From Chitinophagales bacterium (GTDB lineage Bacteria; Bacteroidota; Bacteroidia; Chitinophagales; JADIYW01): a stretch of DNA of 64,000 bases. Both the position numbers and the translations under genes were made by a program. The notes beneath the pieces were generated by a model that was given only the letters and a program-made list of their open reading frames with translations, did no database searches and was not told the origin of the DNA. Below, in pieces: positions 55,765 through 64,000 of the stretch. The DNA is taken from the NCBI GenBank assembly GCA_023957215.1, contig JAMLHH010000001.1, positions 17,383 through 81,382 of the forward strand, in the 5' to 3' direction. The first letter of the stretch is position 1. The number at the start of each line of letters is the position of its first letter.

Positions 55765-55819
55765 TACACATCGAAACTTTCATACCTTTATACCAAAATC
55801 ATCTAAGAAAATTTGTCAA

Positions 55820-56842
55820 ATGGGATTACTCAGCTTCCTTAATAAAGAAATAGCCATAGACTTGGGTACTGCAAATACTTTGATAATATACAAAGATCAA
55901 GTAGTAGTGGACGAACCTTCTATCGTAGCTATTGATAAAAAAACCGAAAATGTAATAGCTGTTGGGAAACGAGCTATGCTGATGCATGAGAAAACACATG
56001 CTAATATTGAAACTATACGCCCCCTCAAAGATGGTGTAATCGCTGACTTTAAAGCCGCCGAAGCTATGATACGCGGATTTATCGCCATGATTAATGAGCG
56101 GAGTCATTGGTTCAAGCCTTCCCTTACTTTGGTTGTATGTGTTCCATCCGGATGTACACAGGTGGAAATGAGGGCAGTTATCGAATCCGCCGAAAGGGCA
56201 AATGCTAGAGAAAGATATTTAATTCAAGAACCTATGGCGGCAGCATTGGGCATAGGATTGGATGTAGAGCAACCAGAGGGTCACATGATTATTGATATTG
56301 GTGGAGGCACTTCAGAGATCGCAGTAATTGCTTTATCAGGAATCGTCTTAGACAGGTCTATACGTGTTGGTGGTGATGAGTTTACATTGGATATTATCGA
56401 ACACGTAAGGAAACAACACAACATGCTCATCGGCGAAAGAACTGCTGAGCAAATCAAAATTCATGTAGGTGCAGCCATTCAGGATTTGGAAAATCCGCCT
56501 GAAGATTTCGCGGTACACGGGAGAGACCTTTTGACCGGTATTCCTAAACAAATCATCGTAACTTATACTGAGATTGCCGGTGCATTAGATAAATCTATTG
56601 CCAAAATTGAAGAAGGTGTGATGAAAGCATTGGAAAGTACACCCCCGGAGCTTGCCTCCGATATTTATCAAAAAGGTATTAACTTGACCGGAGGAGGAGC
56701 TCTTTTACGAGGTCTCGACAAACGCCTGAGAGCGAAAACCAAATTGCCGGTTAATGTGGCTGATGATCCATTGAGAGCAGTGGTAAGAGGAACAGGTTTG
56801 GCTTTAAAAAACCGACATAGATACACTTTCTTAATGAGCTAA
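55820..56842 (+). CDS. mreB: rod shape-determining protein MreB
   Basis: The conserved start MGLLSFLNKEIAIDLGTANT is at 55820. The longer ORF from 55652 would overlap purH. Actin-fold phosphate motifs DIGGGTSE and LTGGGALLRGL. Confidence 0.92.
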   Translation: MGLLSFLNKEIAIDLGTANTLIIYKDQVVVDEPSIVAIDKKTENVIAVGKRAMLMHEKTHANIETIRPLKDGVIADFKAAEAMIRGFIAMINERSHWFKPSLTLVVCVPSGCTQVEMRAVIESAERANARERYLIQEPMAAALGIGLDVEQPEGHMIIDIGGGTSEIAVIALSGIVLDRSIRVGGDEFTLDIIEHVRKQHNMLIGERTAEQIKIHVGAAIQDLENPPEDFAVHGRDLLTGIPKQIIVTYTEIAGALDKSIAKIEEGVMKALESTPPELASDIYQKGINLTGGGALLRGLDKRLRAKTKLPVNVADDPLRAVVRGTGLALKNRHRYTFLMS

Positions 56843-56847
56843 GGCTT

Positions 56848-57669
56848 ATGCGAAATCTTTTCTATCTCGTAGAACGGTTTCATTTAATCATTCTCTTATT
56901 AATATTTGAAAGTGTTTCTATTTCATTTATAAAAAAATTCAATACTTATCAAGATTCTGTCATCAGTAATGCTTCAATTGCTGTTTCAGGGGAAATTTTT
57001 TCCGTAAGAGATAATATCGTCGGTTATTTTAAACTCAAGGAAAATAGCAGGCAATTGGCTGAGGAAAATGCTTTTTTATTAGCGAAGATTAACAGCGAAC
57101 ACTCTTCTATTTATGATTCTATATCCATAGATTCGGCATTTTATAGAATGTTTGATTTTACGTCGGCAAAAGTAATTGATAACAGTATCACGGAACACAA
57201 TAACTATATTACCATTAATAAAGGGAAAACTGACAGTATAGAAAAGGGAATGGGCGTGATAGTGGCAAACGGTGTTGTGGGCATAGTCGTCAATGTTTCC
57301 AAAAATTATAGCTTGGTGATGTCTGTATTAAATACACAATCAAGAGTCAGTGTTAAACTCAAAAAGTCCGGCTCTATCGGAAATATGGTTTGGGATGGAA
57401 ATAGTCCGTGGCAACTCAATATCAATAATATCAGTAAGACTGAATCAGTGATTGTAGGTGATACTTTTGTAACCACCGGATATAGTAACTTTTTCCCTTC
57501 TGATATTTATACGGCTGTTGTCAAGGAAGTCAGTCCCAATCCGGCCACCAGCTTCTTAAAAATTGACGCAGTTTTGTCCTATGATATAGATAAAATTAAT
57601 TATGTCTATGTGGTGAAACCTAAAGATAGAATCCAATTAGACTCACTTCAAAACTCTATTTCAAATTAA
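56848..57669 (+). CDS. mreC: rod shape-determining protein MreC
   Basis: 273 aa. N-terminal TM helix, a coiled-coil (LKENSRQLAEENAFL), a beta-rich domain (GMGVIVANGVVGIV), and position after mreB. Confidence 0.8.
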   Translation: MRNLFYLVERFHLIILLLIFESVSISFIKKFNTYQDSVISNASIAVSGEIFSVRDNIVGYFKLKENSRQLAEENAFLLAKINSEHSSIYDSISIDSAFYRMFDFTSAKVIDNSITEHNNYITINKGKTDSIEKGMGVIVANGVVGIVVNVSKNYSLVMSVLNTQSRVSVKLKKSGSIGNMVWDGNSPWQLNINNISKTESVIVGDTFVTTGYSNFFPSDIYTAVVKEVSPNPATSFLKIDAVLSYDIDKINYVYVVKPKDRIQLDSLQNSISN

Positions 57670-57672
57670 GCC

Positions 57673-58197
57673 ATGTCTTTGTATGATTATCTGAAATATA
57701 TTCTTATTTGCTTGGTTTTGATACTCAGTCAAATTTTTGTTTTTGATCTCATACATCTGGACGGATATGGTAAAATAATGCCGTATCCTTTAGCAATTCT
57801 GCTTTTGCCTCACCGCTTTAAGAATGCGTTTGTCATCATCATCGCTTTTGCAATAGGTTTTATCTTAGATTTTTCTTTAAATACCGGCGGATTACATGCT
57901 GCATCGTTGACCTTGTTAGCTTATTTGAGAGGATATCTGTTAAACATTCTCAAACCTACTACAGAAAGTACCGATAACTCATTTATCTCTTTAAAAAATA
58001 CTAACTTAGGTTGGTTTTTGATATACACTTTCATTTTATTGCTCGTGCAACAATTTTCCTACTATCTGTTTGAAAGCTTTACATTTAATAATCTGACGTT
58101 TATTATTAAAAAAACAATGGTCGGAAGTATTTCGTCCACCTTTATTATCCTGTTGATTTTACTACTTTTTAAAAATTCGGCAAAGAATAGAAATTAA
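57673..58197 (+). CDS. mreD: rod shape-determining protein MreD
   Basis: 174 aa polytopic membrane protein between mreC and mrdA. Assigned mainly from position and topology. Confidence 0.6.
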   Translation: MSLYDYLKYILICLVLILSQIFVFDLIHLDGYGKIMPYPLAILLLPHRFKNAFVIIIAFAIGFILDFSLNTGGLHAASLTLLAYLRGYLLNILKPTTESTDNSFISLKNTNLGWFLIYTFILLLVQQFSYYLFESFTFNNLTFIIKKTMVGSISSTFIILLILLLFKNSAKNRN

Positions 58198-58203
58198 GAC
58201 CTC

Positions 58204-60045
58204 ATGATCCAACGAGAGAGTAAATCCGGAATGCTGAAAGCAGTGATTTATATTGTTGCACTCATCCTTTTGATCAAATTATTTTCAATACAGATAGTGG
58301 ACAACAGTTATAAACTCATGGCTAAAAACAACGTCATCAAAAAGATGACTGTGTATCCATCGAGAGGGCTCATTTTGGATCGGAATGGCAAGGTAATAGT
58401 TTCTAATGATGCAGTGTATGATATTGATGTTCAATACAATTTATTATCAAAATACCCTTTGGATACCAATAAGTTTTGCGAATTATTGAATGTCAGTTCG
58501 GAATTTGTCAGTAAAAGACTGGAAGAAATCAAAAGAATGTCTCCCAATAGACCGGCACCTTTAATAAAATTAGTAGAGCCATCTACTTTTGCCGGTTTCC
58601 AAGAACATCTATTTGAGTTTCCTGCTGTCTCTTATACTACGAGAACTGTAAGAGCCTATCCTTATAAAGGAGCAGCACACGTATTGGGATATTTAGGTGA
58701 AGCAACTAAAGAGAAGATTGATAATTCCAATGGCTACTATGAAATGGGTGATTATGTAGGAGTGACGGGATTAGAATCATATTATGAAGAATATTTGAGA
58801 GGTGAAAAAGGCTTTACTTATCAGATAGTAGATGTACATGGTCGGTCTCAAGGTATTTATAAAGACGGAAAGGAGGATATGCAACCAGTAGCAGGTTATG
58901 ATATAATTACATCCTTGGATATTGATCTACAGACTTATGGTGAAGAGTTAATGCAAAATAAGTTGGGGTCTATCGTTGCCATTGAGCCTTCGAGTGGTGA
59001 AGTTTTAGCTTATGTAAGCAGTCCCGCTTATGATCCTAATTTATTGACCGGTAGATATCGGGGTAAAAATTATATGAAACTTAGTCGAAACCCTCTCAAA
59101 CCACTTATTAACCGTCCTATCTCAGCGACCTATCCTCCTGGCTCTACTTTTAAAATACCTTCCGCTTTGGTCATTTTTGACCACAATATCCATAGCCCGG
59201 ATTGGAGTTATCAATGTAGAGGTGCTTATTTTGCAAAAGGTGTAAGAGTGCGCTGTCACGGGGTACACTTTTTACCGGATGTCGTTTCTGCGCTAAAACA
59301 ATCTTGCAATTCATATTCATGTACTATTTTTAACGATATGGTGATGAGTCCGACCTTGGGAACTCCCGAGCAAGCTTATAATAAATGGAGAAACGGTATT
59401 ATGAGTTTTGGTTTTGGTCATCAATTAGGCATAGATATGGTTGGAGAAAAATCAGGTAATGTACCTTCCGCTGATTATTATAATAGGATTTACGGAAAAG
59501 GTCGATGGAAGGCGAATACTATCATCTCCATAGCTATCGGTCAAGGAGAGGTGCTTTCGACACCTTTACAATTAGCAAATATGGTAGCAGCCGTCTCGAA
59601 TGACGGAGTTTACTACACTCCAAGTCTGATTAAATACATTACAAAAAGTAAAAAGCTATATCAGCCGGTAAAAGAATCTCATGAAGCCAATGTGAGAAAA
59701 GAGTTTTTCCCCTATATAAAAGAAGCAATGGCGGAAACGGTGAGAAGTGGAACTGCAAGAGGTTCTAAATCTAATGATTTTGATTTTGCCGCAAAAACCG
59801 GAACTGCCCAAAATCCACATGGGAAAGACCATTCCATATTTATTGCTTATGCTCCATTAGATCATCCCAAGATAGCCGTGGCGGTGATAGTAGAAAATGG
59901 TGGTTTCGGCGCGACTTATGCGGGTCCAATATCTTCTTTGATGATAGAAAAATATCTCAATGATACAATTTCCTCCAAACGACTGTATTTGCAAGAAAGA
60001 ATGTTCAATGCTAACCTGACTCCTACCCATGAAGAGAAGAATTGA
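58204..60045 (+). CDS. mrdA: penicillin-binding protein 2 (elongasome transpeptidase)
   Basis: 613 aa. N-terminal TM helix and transpeptidase motifs STFK (PPGSTFK), SCN (QSCNSY) and KTG (AKTGTA). Confidence 0.88.
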   Translation: MIQRESKSGMLKAVIYIVALILLIKLFSIQIVDNSYKLMAKNNVIKKMTVYPSRGLILDRNGKVIVSNDAVYDIDVQYNLLSKYPLDTNKFCELLNVSSEFVSKRLEEIKRMSPNRPAPLIKLVEPSTFAGFQEHLFEFPAVSYTTRTVRAYPYKGAAHVLGYLGEATKEKIDNSNGYYEMGDYVGVTGLESYYEEYLRGEKGFTYQIVDVHGRSQGIYKDGKEDMQPVAGYDIITSLDIDLQTYGEELMQNKLGSIVAIEPSSGEVLAYVSSPAYDPNLLTGRYRGKNYMKLSRNPLKPLINRPISATYPPGSTFKIPSALVIFDHNIHSPDWSYQCRGAYFAKGVRVRCHGVHFLPDVVSALKQSCNSYSCTIFNDMVMSPTLGTPEQAYNKWRNGIMSFGFGHQLGIDMVGEKSGNVPSADYYNRIYGKGRWKANTIISIAIGQGEVLSTPLQLANMVAAVSNDGVYYTPSLIKYITKSKKLYQPVKESHEANVRKEFFPYIKEAMAETVRSGTARGSKSNDFDFAAKTGTAQNPHGKDHSIFIAYAPLDHPKIAVAVIVENGGFGATYAGPISSLMIEKYLNDTISSKRLYLQERMFNANLTPTHEEKN

Positions 60046-61297
60046 CAAAGAAAACCAGTATGAATCAAGTGTCATCATTTCGTATTTGATACTGATGTTT
60101 ATTGGCTATCTTGCGATATTTTCCACTCAGTATGATGGGACATTTTCTATTTTCGATTTATCTACGAATTATGGTAAACAGTTGATGTGGATAGGAGTAT
60201 CGGGAATTATTTTTATCATAATTCTTGGTCTGGATACCAACTTAATAAAAAATTTCAGCTACTTATTTTATATAGTAATACTCTTGTTATTAGCTTCGGT
60301 CTTCATCATTGGAGCTGCAACAAACGGTAATCTTAACTGGATAGATTTAGGATTTATGAAGCTCCAGCCCTCTGAGTTTGCAAAATTGGCTACCGCTGTT
60401 GCCTTGGCAAGATTCTTAGATAATCCTGATGTCAGATTTAACAATAAGAAGCATCGGCTTACTTCATTTATTATTGTTGCTATCCCAATGGGGATCATTT
60501 TGGCACAAGGCGATGCCGGATCGGCATTGGTTTTCTTGGGCTTTATTTTCGTTTTTAATAGAGAAGGCTTAGGTAATTGGGTGATATACCTTGGCTTGTA
60601 TCTTATCACCATTTCTCTTTTCGCCCTGGTCATGGATAAATTTTTATTGATAACCGCCGTAGTCATTTTGTTTTCTCTCATTCTTATCTATATCTATGTC
60701 ATTTTGCCCAAGCAGAAAGGAGTGGTAGCATTGGTCGTAGGTGCGATGTTGCTTTCTATTGCCTATGTGGTGGCGGTCGATACTGTTTTTCATTCAGTGT
60801 TAAAACAACACCAGCAAGATCGTATTAATATTATTCTCGGGAAATTAGAAGACAACAAAGGTGTCGGTTATAATCTTGCACAATCAAAAATAGCCATAGG
60901 TTCCGGGGGTCCGATAGGCAAAGGTTTCTTACAAGGTACTCAAACAAGATATGATTTCGTCCCGGAAATGACCACTGACTTTATTTTTTGTTCGATAGCA
61001 GAGCAGTGGGGATTTATGGGTTCGATAGTAATAGTAGGTTTGTTTGTCGTGTTGCTTCAAAGACTTGTGACGATGGCAGACCGACAGCGGACGGCCTTTG
61101 GTCGTGTGTATATCTTGTCGATAGTATCTATCATCCTGATACACTTTTTGGTCAATATCGGTATGACGATAGGTCTTTTGCCGGTGATAGGCATTCCTCT
61201 TCCTTTTATTAGCTATGGAGGATCTTCACTTTTATCCTTTTCAATTATGATAGCGATAGCCATAAAAATTGATAGTGAGAGGATGATGACCTCATAA
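60029..61297 (+). CDS. rodA: rod shape-determining SEDS glycosyltransferase RodA
   Basis: 422 aa polytopic FtsW/RodA/SpoVE protein (QPSEFAKL, TDFIF, GIPLPFISYGGSS). Overlaps mrdA by 17 nt. Confidence 0.88.
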   Translation: MKRRIDKENQYESSVIISYLILMFIGYLAIFSTQYDGTFSIFDLSTNYGKQLMWIGVSGIIFIIILGLDTNLIKNFSYLFYIVILLLLASVFIIGAATNGNLNWIDLGFMKLQPSEFAKLATAVALARFLDNPDVRFNNKKHRLTSFIIVAIPMGIILAQGDAGSALVFLGFIFVFNREGLGNWVIYLGLYLITISLFALVMDKFLLITAVVILFSLILIYIYVILPKQKGVVALVVGAMLLSIAYVVAVDTVFHSVLKQHQQDRINIILGKLEDNKGVGYNLAQSKIAIGSGGPIGKGFLQGTQTRYDFVPEMTTDFIFCSIAEQWGFMGSIVIVGLFVVLLQRLVTMADRQRTAFGRVYILSIVSIILIHFLVNIGMTIGLLPVIGIPLPFISYGGSSLLSFSIMIAIAIKIDSERMMTS

Positions 61298-61413
61298 ATA
61301 AATTTATGAGAACTTCAAAAAGTGATAAAATTTGTGTATTGTAATGAGAAACTCAATCGCTTATGTATCTTCAAAGTTTATTTTTCTATTTTTGACAATA
61401 AATTCTAATTCAA

Positions 61414-64000
61414 ATGAATTCCAAAAAGTATAATTGGATAAACAATATCAATGCTTGGATAGTATTCTTCATTGCTTTTGCGACCTATGCTGCTACCGCA
61501 GAATCCTCAGCCAGCTTGTGGGACTGTGGCGAGTTTATTTCGGGAGCTTACAAATTACAAGTCGTGCATCCTCCCGGAGCACCGCTATTTTTGATGCTCA
61601 ATAGGGTACTTTCACTTTTAGCATCCAATCCATCACAAGTAGCTTATGTCATTAATATTGTTTCCGGTCTATCTACGGCTTTTGCCATCTTATTTTTATA
61701 TTGGATTATATCGAGTATTGCCAAAAGACTGTTAACCCAAGAGGACAAAACGCTAACTTGGGGAAAGATAATCGCTATTCAAGGTTCTGCTTGGGTAGGT
61801 GCTTTGGCTTGTACTTTTTCTGATACTATATGGTTTTCTGCTGTTGAAGGTGAAGTATATGCACTTTCTACCTTTTTCATCTCCATACTTTTGTGGACGG
61901 TTGTCAAATGGGAAAATGCAGAAGATAAATATGCTAATCGTTGGTTGGTATTAGCGGCATACTTAATCGGACTTTCTATCGGGGTACACTTGATGGGATT
62001 GTTAGTGATACCGGTAGGTGTACTTCTTTACTACTTTAAGAAATACAAACCGACTATTATGGGTTTTGTGATTGCCTTTTTTACCGGATTTGTGATGTTG
62101 GGTATTGTGCAATTTGGTGTGATACAAATATTGACATCAATAGCATCCAAAGTAGAATTATTTATGGTCAATAGCTTGGGTCTCCCTTATTTTACAGGAA
62201 TAGGTCTGACTTACGGGATAGTCTTTTTGATTTTAATAGCGGGAATGATTGTAGCACAAAAATACAAACACGTCAATCTACAATTGATTTTTGTAAGCTT
62301 ATTTATGATTATAGTGGGTTTCTCTTCATATTTAATGGTACCTATCAGAGCAGCAGCTCAAACTCCTATCAACATGAATGATCCACAGGATATCTTCAGC
62401 TTAATGTCTTACCTCAATCGTGAACAATATGGTGAACGACCATTAGTAAGAGGTCCGCTTTATACTGCAAATCCATATAAAATAGAAAATGCCGGAAGTA
62501 TCTATTTTAAAGATACAGCAAATGGTGACTATGGCATAAAAGGTACTAAAAGCAAAGCCTTGTATAGAGAAGAAGATAAAATGCTTTTCCCAAGGATGGC
62601 ACCTACCAATGACGGTGAATCGGCAGCAAATATGTACCAATATTGGGCAAATTTTAATGGTCAACCTACTTTTGCCGATAATATGGCTTATTTTTTCAAC
62701 TATCAAGTGGGCTATATGTATTGGAGGTATTTTATGTGGAATTTTGCCGGTCGTCAGGACGATTATCAAGGTACTTTTGAAAATCAAAAAATAAATGGAG
62801 ATTGGCTCAGTGGAATATCTTTCATTGATGATGCTCGATTAGGTAGTCAAAAAGATTTGCCAAAACAACTACTCAACCAGAAGGCTCGCAATACATATTA
62901 TCTATTGCCTCTGCTTTTTGGTCTATTCGGACTTTTGTTTATGATACGCAAAAACAAAGAATATGCTATTGCGTATGGATTGTTGTTTTTGACCACAGGT
63001 TTGTTCTTGACAATATACTTTAACTCACCACCAAGAGAACCAAGAGAACGTGATTATGTGTTGGTAGGCTCGTTTTATACTTTCTGTATATGGATAGGCT
63101 TGGCTATTGCTGCCGCTTATGACAAATTGAAAGACAAGAAATTACCACAAGCACCTCTTGCATTGGCACTTTCCATCTTGGGTCTGGTTTTAGTGCCATT
63201 GATAATGGCCAAAGAAAACTATAACGATCACGATAGGAGCGGTCGGACGATGGCAAGAGATTTTGCTACCAATTACTTAGAGTCATGTCCTCCCAATGCC
63301 ATACTTTTTACTGCAGGTGACAACGACACGTATCCTTTGTGGTACGCACAAGAGGTGGATGGTATAAGACCGGATGTCAGAGTGATGAATACCAGTTTGG
63401 CACAGATAGATTGGTATTTGGCTCACATGCAAAGAAAAGAAAATGAGTCTGATGCTTTGCCTTTTTATTCATCATTCACTCCTGAAAAATACTTGGGAGA
63501 TGAAAGGCAATACAATCCTATCTACGAAGAATCAGGTGTCGTCAGAAAAGGCGAATATTTAGACGTGGACAAAGTCATCAATTTTGTTATGAGCGATAAT
63601 CCCCGTGCCAAAATCACCTCTCAAAGCGGAAATACCTTTAATTATATCCCTACCAAACTGTTGAAACTCGGTGTCAATAAGGAAGCGGCAATCAAAGCAG
63701 ATATCATACCCGAAGGAATGGAAGATTTTGTCACAGATACTATCAAATGGACTTTACCTGGAAATGCATTGATGAAAGATGAATTAGCAATACTTGCTTT
63801 GGTGGCAGGGGAAGATTGGTCAAGACCTATTTGTTTTGCAAATACAGTTCCTTCTTCAAAGTATCTCGGTTTGGACAAGTACATGGTACAGGAAGGATTG
63901 ATATATAGATTCGTACCTATTCGCTTTGATGATAATGAAAGAGGAAACTTTTATGTCAACGATAAAAAATTCTTGGATATCGTTCAAAATAAATTTAGAT
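61414..64000 (+). CDS. DUF2723 domain membrane protein (PMT/ArnT-like glycosyltransferase fold), 3' end beyond the window
   Basis: Not in the ORF track because no stop is reached. My translation from the ATG at 61414 reads MNSKKYNWINNINAWIVFFIAFATYAATAESSASLWDCGEFISGAYKLQVVHPPGAPLF. In frame further on are SYLNREQYGERPL (62401 onward) and DKKFLDIVQNKFR at the window end. It matches my recollection of DUF2723 proteins. Confidence 0.7.
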   Translation, partial: MNSKKYNWINNINAWIVFFIAFATYAATAESSASLWDCGEFISGAYKLQVVHPPGAPLFLMLNRVLSLLASNPSQVAYVINIVSGLSTAFAILFLYWIISSIAKRLLTQEDKTLTWGKIIAIQGSAWVGALACTFSDTIWFSAVEGEVYALSTFFISILLWTVVKWENAEDKYANRWLVLAAYLIGLSIGVHLMGLLVIPVGVLLYYFKKYKPTIMGFVIAFFTGFVMLGIVQFGVIQILTSIASKVELFMVNSLGLPYFTGIGLTYGIVFLILIAGMIVAQKYKHVNLQLIFVSLFMIIVGFSSYLMVPIRAAAQTPINMNDPQDIFSLMSYLNREQYGERPLVRGPLYTANPYKIENAGSIYFKDTANGDYGIKGTKSKALYREEDKMLFPRMAPTNDGESAANMYQYWANFNGQPTFADNMAYFFNYQVGYMYWRYFMWNFAGRQDDYQGTFENQKINGDWLSGISFIDDARLGSQKDLPKQLLNQKARNTYYLLPLLFGLFGLLFMIRKNKEYAIAYGLLFLTTGLFLTIYFNSPPREPRERDYVLVGSFYTFCIWIGLAIAAAYDKLKDKKLPQAPLALALSILGLVLVPLIMAKENYNDHDRSGRTMARDFATNYLESCPPNAILFTAGDNDTYPLWYAQEVDGIRPDVRVMNTSLAQIDWYLAHMQRKENESDALPFYSSFTPEKYLGDERQYNPIYEESGVVRKGEYLDVDKVINFVMSDNPRAKITSQSGNTFNYIPTKLLKLGVNKEAAIKADIIPEGMEDFVTDTIKWTLPGNALMKDELAILALVAGEDWSRPICFANTVPSSKYLGLDKYMVQEGLIYRFVPIRFDDNERGNFYVNDKKFLDIVQNKFR

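Noticed and set aside
55652-55819. Long upstream extension of the mreB ORF overlapping the end of purH
   Set aside because: The conserved MreB N-terminus (MGLLSF..EIAIDLGTANT) begins at 55820. The extension has no MreB-like sequence and overlaps purH coding sequence.
1-64000. Window-wide look for tRNA/rRNA genes, CRISPR arrays, IS elements, integrases, phage or toxin-antitoxin modules
   Set aside because: Intergenic regions are short and AT-rich without tRNA-like GC-rich arms. There are no spaced direct-repeat arrays. No ORF shows transposase, integrase, phage or TA hallmarks. None can be supported.

Overview
This is an AT-rich, very tightly packed chromosomal segment that looks like Bacteroidota. 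The evidence is a T9SS C-terminal sorting domain, the Bacteroidota-typical DUF4290-murA and DUF6089-uppS-bamA-skp-skp-murI gene orders, no obvious Shine-Dalgarno sequences and few intrinsic terminators. I support about 52 protein-coding genes, nearly all core housekeeping. They cover envelope biogenesis (murA, murI, uppS, bamA, 2x skp/ompH, rlpA, LD-carboxypeptidase, mreBCD-mrdA-rodA), nucleotide and cofactor metabolism (purH, ribD, ppa), amino-acid biosynthesis (leuB, aspartate kinase, a four-gene Phe/Tyr operon), lipid precursor genes (PlsB/GPAT-like acyltransferase-gpsA-hydrolase), several peptidases and amidases, four TPR proteins, one TPR-CHAT protein, and a 1523-aa secreted CotH-family protein. 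I found no rRNA, tRNA, CRISPR array, transposase, integrase or recognisable defence island, and I cannot point to a convincing novel multi-gene system. The most interesting unannotated signal is a 13-codon mini-ORF (MRNTFFYSYYFNL) followed by a strong intrinsic terminator just upstream of the pheA-aminotransferase-tyrA-DAHP synthase/chorismate mutase operon, which is a candidate Phe/Tyr-sensing leader-peptide attenuator. Secondary observations are a MurA with Asp at the fosfomycin-target Cys position, an internally duplicated CotH/LTD/T9SS giant protein, a membrane-anchored TPR-CHAT protease, an MBOAT plus SGNH-like O-acyltransferase pair, 8-bp-periodic repeat arrays bracketing the first gene, a perfect 20-bp palindrome upstream of yceI, and two convergent gene pairs sharing a TTAA double stop. 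All functional calls come from motif and architecture recognition in the supplied translations. No database search was run.
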